Under the pieces are notes generated by a model. That model was not told where the DNA came from and searched no databases. It was given only the letters and a program-made list of their open reading frames with translations. Both the position numbers and the translations under genes were made by a program. From contig NW_027192197.1 of assembly GCF_041956535.1 (NCBI RefSeq), positions 951,647 to 1,015,646 of the forward strand: DNA of 64,000 nt, written 5' to 3'. Source of the DNA: Calcarisporiella thermophila CBS 279.70 (taxonomy: Eukaryota; Fungi; Calcarisporiellomycota). Shown here piece after piece: positions 56,693-64,000 of the stretch (the first letter of the stretch is position 1; each line of letters begins with the position of its first letter).

Positions 56693-57672
56693 TTACAGTA
56701 AATAAAACCCCGTCTCTCGTTGTGCTTCCCAAAGATTGAAGATGCTATTAACCGCGGTAAGCTCGTCGCCTGTACTCTTCAATCCAACGATTGCACACCA
56801 GTCGTTGGCAACTAAGCCAGCGGCTACTAGAGCAGATCCACGGTTAATTGTTCCAGCACGTAGAGGCACCTGTATTAGTGAGACCAGTTCGTCTAGATCT
56901 TGGGGTTTGACATGCGGATGGATCTATTTAGAGTTAAGTCGAGAGCTTAGATCGGGAATAATAGAGAATGTGCTAAAATATAAGAGATTGAACATACAAG
57001 ACCACCACGATTACTTAACACGCAATAACTACCCACAAGTTCATTTTGTACTATTGTATGTCGGAATACTTCAACATCCAATGCATCCGCAATTATCTCT
57101 TCAGTTTCCTACATTGGGAAGTTGATGAATTCAACTAATCTCTAAAAAAAAATGTGCACTAGACTAACCATATCAATTTCAGGATGTACTAGCGCGACAT
57201 AGTCATTGCAAGCCACTACATTTCCCAGAGCCGACAATCGTTCTTCCACTTTTTTCACAACAATGCCGTCTGGCAGAGAATTTCTTAAGTGAGATAACTC
57301 TTTATCTGTGATAGTGGTAGGAACTACGAGGCCGTGTCGATTCCCAACTGCCAGGCGCCCAATAACGTTAGTACCCGCAATAGAAGTTCGAATTACTGGC
57401 AGGACATCACTAAGCTCAGACTCGAATATATTGTAAAAGTTTCCGGCACCGTCTGCCGCCAGCAAACAGTAAGAGTTTGTAAGTAGTGAGAAAGCACCCT
57501 ATAAGGGAAGAAAATACTGTTGGTCTATATCCTTTAGATGAGCTATTCATATTGCAACAGCTTACGACTTCACTGCTATTCCGGAACTGTGCACCTAAAA
57601 ATATATGGGAGTCGTGAATAGTGCAAAACGCAAGGAGATGCAAAAATGATGTAGGAACTTACGAACAGCCAT
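56693..57672 (-). CDS. TIF6: Divergent eIF6 (Tif6) ribosome anti-association factor, probably a paralog
   Basis: Spliced product MAV|[10 protein letters not shown]|[12 protein letters not shown]...HLRNSLPD...[22 protein letters not shown]...ETEEIIAD...GSYCVLSN..|IHPH...AGTINRGS...NDWCA; reading frame intact over 5 exons. Confidence 0.92.
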
Positions 57673-57864
57673 ATTTCTCTCTTGATAATTTCGCTCGATT
57701 TCAGTATAATGGTAGATTATCAACTCGTAATAAAATCGGAGCTTATATATGGTTTTGTGACTTCAATAGAGGATTGCTATATAAAGGTAATAGGCACACC
57801 TGAATCATCTTTTATCGAGACCCATTGATTTTTTCAACTACCAACTTTGGCTTTCCAATTGAAA

Positions 57865-58510
57865 ATGACCATTAAAGACAATTTTAAAATTCGCGAAGCT
57901 CTTCCTTCCGATATAGAAACTATTCTCACGCTCATCACTGAGCTTGCGACGTATGAGCGAGCAAAGGATTCTGTTAAAGCAACTACTGAGATCCTTGAAA
58001 AGAATCTCTTCCCCAAGGATGGATCTCGGCCCTATGCTTTCTGTCTCATAGGCGAATGGGAAGGGGGTAAGATTTCTTATTTTCATCGCATCTTTAGCAG
58101 TATAGGCTTACGAAATACTTTTTTTCTCGGAACAAGAAATTGCAAGCTTCTGCGTATATTGCACTAATTTCTCAACCTGGATTGGTAAACCTGGATTATA
58201 TATCGAAGATATCTATGTACGACCTGAATACCGTGGTCGTGGCATTGGAAAGTTATATTTCCGGGAATTGGCGCGGATTGCTAAGGAAAAAGAGTATGAA
58301 CGTATTGATTGGGTGGTCCTTAATTGGAACGAGGTAATTATTTATTCAAAAAATGTTTATTGATAGAAAATATATAATTCATACAAATTACTTTTCTACG
58401 ACAATTAGCCAAGTATCAAGTTCTATGAAAGCCTGGGTGCATTCCCGTTGAGCGAGTGGTCTACTTTCCGCCTTACTGGGAAAGCACTAGAAAATTTGGG
58501 AAATCAGTAG
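57865..58510 (+). CDS. GNAT diamine/spermidine N-acetyltransferase-like (SSAT/Ats1-like)
   Basis: IREALPSDIETILTLITELATYE; NFSTWIGKPGLYIEDIYVRPEYRGRGIG; WVVLNWNE|PSIKFYESLGA. Confidence 0.93.
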
Positions 58511-59064
58511 AATACCTGTTGCAACTCCAGAATTGTACTTGGGGCTACCTTTGCGATGTTCACCCCATTTATACACATTATTCACATAATTTCTCGTGGA
58601 GAATATAGAATAATCATTAACTTATTTCAATCTGACAGATGTCAACTGAGTGTATTTGACTATACGGTTTTTAAGCTGTGAAGAGATGTCTTTTTTTGTG
58701 GCTTTTATTCGAAAAGTGGCTGAAGGCAAAAAAAGCGCATAGGTTCGTTCATCTGAGATTGGAAAAGCGAAAAAAGATTTGTTTCCACCTTATTTTTGTA
58801 TAACGCAAAAGGAGGCTATACTTTTCCGCCTAGATGATTATAGTTCTTATTACTTGACTCTCTTTCGATTACGAATCGTTTAAACTGACGAGCTGATTAG
58901 CCAATATTGCACCAATATACTATCTGCTGTATTTTAACTGCTATACCTTAACTTAATCTTGTCCCTTCCCCTTCTCCATCTTTTACTCTCATTTTATTTA
59001 TCCATCTTCCCCACTTTCCTTATCCTTCCTCCCCCCCCCCCCATATAAATATATATATTGAGAT

Positions 59065-60444
59065 ATGTCATTATCAAAAGATCTTCGACTTTTTATTCTA
59101 TTATTTCTTACCAGTGGACTTTTCTTTGCTGAGATTGTGGGTGGCTACGCAACGGGATCTTTAGCATTGATTGCTGATTCGTTCCACATGTTAAATGATA
59201 TGATGAGCATGATAATTGCCCTGGTAGCCATAAAAGTAACTCTCTCTTCTTTGGAACCTGAATGCATCAAAGAATGACATTATACCTATTTTAATAGCTG
59301 GCAGCAGCGGCCCTTCGTTCCCCAGAAAAATACCGCGGCTGGGAACGTGCGGAACTTGTGGGTGCACTTATCAATGGGGTGTTTTTATTGGCGCTATCAT
59401 TTTCAATATTCTTAGAGGCAATTGAAAGATTTTTTGCGCCTAGAGGTAAAATATAAAAACATGAGTAGTAACAATGACATTTTTCTAATTAATGCTTTTT
59501 TGCTAAAAGAAATAAATGACCCGAAGTTGGTGCTCATTATAGGAAGCATCGGTCTATCTATCAATATTATAGGGCTGTTCTTGTTCCACGGTATCGCCAT
59601 TTTCTATTTAATTCGGTATTCTAGACAGTAAACTTATCCACTGTACTCTATTCTTTGGTTAGATCACTCGCATCACCACCATCCCCACCACCACCACTCA
59701 CATGATCTACTTCCTCAGTCAGACGCTGAAACAACAGCTCTCAACGCTGTTGTGGATGATTACAAGCTGGAGACTTCTGTGATTGAAATGCCCTCTGTTG
59801 TTAATGGTTCTACAACGACCTGCCCCTCTACTTCAGACTCTCTAAGTTGTGGTGAGGATGAACCGCATATACATCACCATGGATTACATTTACATGCGAC
59901 TGGCCACACTAATGTGCATGGCCACCACCACCATCACGATGATCTCAATATGAAAGGCGTTTTTCTGCATATCCTTGGTGATGCATTAGGAAATTTAGGC
60001 GTTATCGTGACAGCCCTTATTATATGGTTGACACAGTACCCATGGCGATTCTACTGCGATCCAATAATCAGCATGGTAATAGCTGTAATTATGTTCTCGT
60101 CGGCAATACCACTAGTAAAAAGTGCAACAATAATGCTGCTCCAATATTCTTCGATTGCTTGTACCGGCAATTCCCAAGCACACTCCCACGAGAACTCGCT
60201 TACACCAATCGAGACGTCCGAAGAGCTTCGGACACATGTTGCTTCACTCGAGGGAATTATTGCGGTGCGAGATATCCAAATTTATACGCTGACTGATGGC
60301 CGCACCCTTGCATCTGTCTCCATACAGACACAAGCAGAACCGGGTCAATACGAGTCTCTCCACGAAGCAATAGACACCACGTTACGAAAGCGAAAGATAG
60401 ATGTGGTTATTGTCCAACCTGAATTTGTATTTACTAACGGTTGA
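59065..60444 (+). CDS. CDF zinc transporter, Zrc1/Cot1/ZnT1-like
   Basis: SLALIADSFHMLND; GWERAELVGALINGVFL; His-rich loop; LNMKGVFLHILGDALGN; C-terminal VQPEF. Confidence 0.93.
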
Positions 60445-60627
60445 TTCCCACTCATATTGGTATGAACTGCGAACAATTAATTATTGTTTTCTTTTTGTTT
60501 TTATTTGAATTTTGCAATGAATACACCTACGTTGTAAATTATGCATAAAGTATTAATTTAATAGGATCATCAGTATCACGGAACACTTTAGAAATAAATA
60601 TACAAGTTGAAATGCCTCTTGTATAAT

Positions 60628-62680
60628 TCAGAGTTTGGCTTTGATTTCTGCTGGGTCGACGATCTCAACGACATTCTCTCGAACCCTCTTGACAGTATCA
60701 GGTCCCATCCCGCATATCTCTGAAAGATATCGCTCCACTTTGCCATACTTCTTCCAAAATGCATTAATGTTATGATGCATTGATTCATACGGCGTGGAAT
60801 TGAAACGGGCCGATTTATCATGGATCAACATTCCGCCAGTATTCTGTGTCGACTCGGAGTTTTCATATACATTCTTATTGATAGCTGAAATAATAGGGGT
60901 AGTAAAAAATGTAGTTGAGTGAGATTTGCTTAGTAACAGTATGGGAAAGCTAATCTCCTACCTGCGCTTGTTCCCAGTCCAATTGCGTACTCTCCAGAAA
61001 TTGACTCCGGATCTACGCCAGCCACCATTAGCAGCAACATGATAAATATTCCAACTTGATCTTTGCCTTGAGCACTAAATACAAGTATAGGATCATAAGG
61101 ATTAGAGGCGATGTGTTCCATTACTGTTCGAAAGGCATTGGCCCCGGATTCGAGAAAAGTCATATAATCTAATACAAAAAAAACCGAGGTAAAATGCCTT
61201 GTCAGCAATAGAAACTATCGATGAAAGCATAAAAAAGGTGATGCCCACCTTGTTCGTGGCCCTCAGGTCCCTTTGTATAGCATTGGGGCTCTTCTATTAC
61301 AACACTCCGTGAGTATTCGGCTGAAGGGATGGGTAGTTGGTGGATTTGTATTCCTGAGATAATTCTGTAATGCAACCTCAACACAATGCTGTTATCGGAT
61401 ATGGTTCAACAATCATTACGTGCTACTTACTTCTAAGGCACTTCTTTCCTCTCTACATCTGACCGAAAATCAAAAATATGCCTTACACCAAGTTTACGTG
61501 AAGACTCGATTTCTCTTTCCGTTATTTGGGAAATGCTAAAGAGATTGGGAACGAAACAAATGTGTTTCTTACCACATAAAAATACGCAAACAACTCACTC
61601 TCCAGATCTATGTATAAACCTCGCTCTCACAATGCCTTCATTACGCGTAATCCAACCTTCTATATCCCGGAAATTTGAAACACCTTCTACTGCAATGCGC
61701 CTCTTCATCACGCCCAACCCTAGTGCTCTCTCTCAGCTATCTCTTTTTGCCCTTCTTCCATAAAATAAGCGACCACCCTATCTATCAACTGCCTCTTATA
61801 CTTCCCATGAGAACCATGGTTTGCCCCATATATAAACCGGATAGTATGCGTGGGGATTCGGTTAGCGAAATTCCATAACTTCCGCCACTGGAGTCACGGT
61901 GTCGCCAGTTCCATGGCACGTAAGCACAGAGGTTGTGGGAGGGAAAGATGAAATAAAATTCATATCCCATCGAGTTATATTATCAATTTGTTGTTTGGAC
62001 ACCTGGTATCCTTTTTCATAACGACGATAAGTCGCGATCAATTTGTAGTATCCCTAGATCCAGGGGGGACATAAATACAATTTAATTCACATCCTTGTGG
62101 AGTTAAACTCGCCAACTTTACCAAGTTTTCAATTTCTTCCATCCACAGCTCGTTCTGTTGAACCGCTAGCCATAACCACTGATTGTTAAACGAGCCTGCC
62201 AAGTTGATGACATGCGGGATATCGCGTTTGAAGACACCTGCATATTTAAACAGATGTTGGAAGCCCGAGAATGGCCGATAAGTGCATATATAATGTATCC
62301 TTATCATTCAAAATGTTGAATCACAGTGTTTAGGTCCTCTACGTCCTCCTGTTAGCCATTGAGCGGGATTAAATCATTTGTGTATCCACGAGGAGGACGG
62401 AAAAATTACAGCCACCTACATCCCAAATGTCAAATCTTGTTTTCCCATCGCTTTCTCCGCAACCTCGGAAATCGAATCGAAAGCTCTCGAAAGGCAGTTT
62501 CTTTGCAAGTGGAGAGAGAAATAAATAATCTCTATGGCTGAAGACCCCATGGCACAGAATAGCGAGCTTTTTTCGCCCTGTAAGTAAATCAACTGCCGGG
62601 GCTATATCTTGGCGTGTTTCGAGGGTACCGACTATGCGCTCATCGTGATGGTTGCGAATAGTGATATGTTTGGAAGGCAT
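60628..62680 (-). pseudogene. Disrupted fusion gene: alpha/beta-hydrolase plus PtpB/IphP-type (Y_phosphatase3) domain, C-terminal PTS1 (AKL)
   Basis: Hydrolase: ILCHG, FRFDFRGCGES, IGHSR, TCHGTGD, GANH. Phosphatase: EGVSNFRDI, RSGD, IFDFRS, GKDQVG. Stops at 62301-62306 (TGA TAA) and 61433-61435 (TAG); frameshifts near 62250, 61980, 61868 and 61730. Confidence 0.82.
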
Positions 62681-63683
62681 AGCGGATGTTTTATGTATGA
62701 GTATCTAAGTGAAATAATAAACAATCTCCAGAGGTTTTAAAGTATTTAGACTCTTTAATGTCGAAAGCTATATTTGCGAGCCTAATGCCTTCCGTCAAGA
62801 GGTTATTTATAGCGATAATTTTCTCCATATATTTCGAAATTGGATTTAGAAGTATCATACAAGGATATTGAACTTGTCACACTTGAAATCCAGAGGAGAA
62901 AGCGGTCTGATGAATTATTTCATTTGACTATTTTTGACCAAAAGCCGAGTTTCAATGCGCTACAGAGCTGAATTAAGTCATACTCGACATAAAGAGTTTG
63001 CTGGTAACGAATGGTCTTGCAGCGTTTAGACCAGGGTTGTCGGAGGCCTTAACCCTTTCGGCTCCGGGCAGGCTTGAGAAATTCGGGGATATTGACCAAA
63101 TCGGTTCGACCTCCCATAATAGGATTTAAATATTTATTTACTTTCATAACACACTCAGCATTTTACAGATAAGGTATATTTCTACAACTGGATGTGTTAT
63201 TGTATTTCTCTTGAATATAGTAAATTAGCTATTAATGGCGCATTGAGTTATATATTGAGGATGCAGTTGGTGCTAATAAACTCGGAGAATCTCAGAGGAT
63301 GAGGATGCTGCCCATCGGCCATTGCTTGATTAGGTGGTTTTATTTTCTGAATAGATCTAAAATGGTATATTCTGTTATTAACCTAACCTATCTACAATAT
63401 TAAGCTAGCGATAGAAAATAGTCTTGAGACTAGAATGATACAAAAATATTTGCCGACCCATAATTAAATGTAAAGCATAATATGAATGATATTCTCTCAA
63501 AAGAACTTAATTTCACTGATTATAGAGAAATTTTATTCGCAAATGAATGGAAATTCCATACTAGTATACCTATGAAAAAGGATTTTAAACCTCATGCTCT
63601 AGTCATTTTATGGCTTTGAATTTAGAGCTTTCTTTGAGTTCGTTGGTTCGATAACACCTCGTTCATGTATTGTGCATTAACAC

Positions 63684-64000
63684 TTACTCTAGTTTATAAC
63701 TCGCTTCTGGCGGATCTGACTTCACCATACCTTTGCTGAGATGGCCTAACCATGCCTTGGGTGAAGTTGTGTCAGACTCAGAATTGTTCATTGCTCTCAT
63801 TTCTTGCCAACCTATCAAGCATGGACTCAAATTTGTTGAACTTGAAATGGTAATTGCCGCTTCTCTGTTTCCCACGACAAACTCTACAGGATGATTGAGC
63901 ACCTCCTTGGCGCTACCTTGGAGCTGTATTGTTCCTTCAGACGGAGTCATGCCTTCCTCATCTCCTGGCACTCCTACGTATAAATGCCGCTCAATGACGC
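63684..64000 (-). CDS. 3' portion of an unidentified gene entering from beyond the window
   Basis: Frame is open from the window edge (VIERHLYVGVPGDEEG...SYKLE). A GTAAGT donor overlaps the stop, so a further exon may follow. No family recognised. Confidence 0.5.
   Translation of the reverse strand, partial: VIERHLYVGVPGDEEGMTPSEGTIQLQGSAKEVLNHPVEFVVGNREAAITISSSTNLSPCLIGWQEMRAMNNSESDTTSPKAWLGHLSKGMVKSDPPEASYKLE

Noticed and set aside
57526-57536. ATATCCTTT U12-like donor (also GTATCCTTT near 62006)
   Set aside because: Both lie on the strand opposite to their host genes.
42292-60444. Two CDF transporters as a local duplication or metal island
   Set aside because: They belong to different ancient subfamilies with different intron patterns, and no Zap1-type ZRE was recognised.
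62301-62306. In-frame TGA as possible selenocysteine or readthrough
   Set aside because: It is followed immediately by TAA, is not at a Cys position, and is accompanied by frameshifts; decay explains it better.
63074-63090. GAGAAATTCGG resembling RNase P RNA CR-I
   Set aside because: No CR-V/P4 partner or structured body downstream; the sequence turns AT-rich.

Overview
Gene-dense eukaryotic DNA with short, AT-rich GT-AG introns. The gene content points to an early-diverging (non-Dikarya, probably Mucoromycota-like) fungus: a mitochondrial cobalamin adenosyltransferase, NEDD1, a KDM3-type JmjC and a long ZFC3H1, alongside fungal families such as DUF3020 and Skg3/Caf120. I reconstructed 26 protein-coding genes by hand-splicing, two of them running off the window edges, plus two pseudogenes. 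In order: ZFC3H1/Red1, aldo-keto reductase, Rab-GDI, MMAB, Mex67/NXF1, M50B peptidase, CAP/PR-1 plus its dead duplicate, NEDD1, histone-fold-like unknown, Sde2, Pet191/COA5, DUF3020, ArfGAP, Spt7, P450, ADE12, ZnT2-like CDF, Swc3-like/GATA, INO80E-like, bL32m, KDM3-like, Caf120-like PH, divergent eIF6, GNAT, Zrc1/ZnT1-like CDF, a decayed hydrolase-phosphatase fusion, and an unknown partial gene. I recognised no rRNA, tRNA, CRISPR array or intact transposon, and found no clear multi-gene novel system. The best leads are: (i) a pseudogenised alpha/beta-hydrolase plus tyrosine-phosphatase fusion with a dead P-loop and a peroxisomal PTS1; (ii) an unusually divergent eIF6 lacking the Ser174-equivalent and the C-tail; (iii) intact B12-activation machinery in a fungus; (iv) odd chromatin-protein domain fusions; (v) a candidate U12-type intron in SPT7. 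Family calls come from recalled motifs, not database searches, and exon boundaries are manual.
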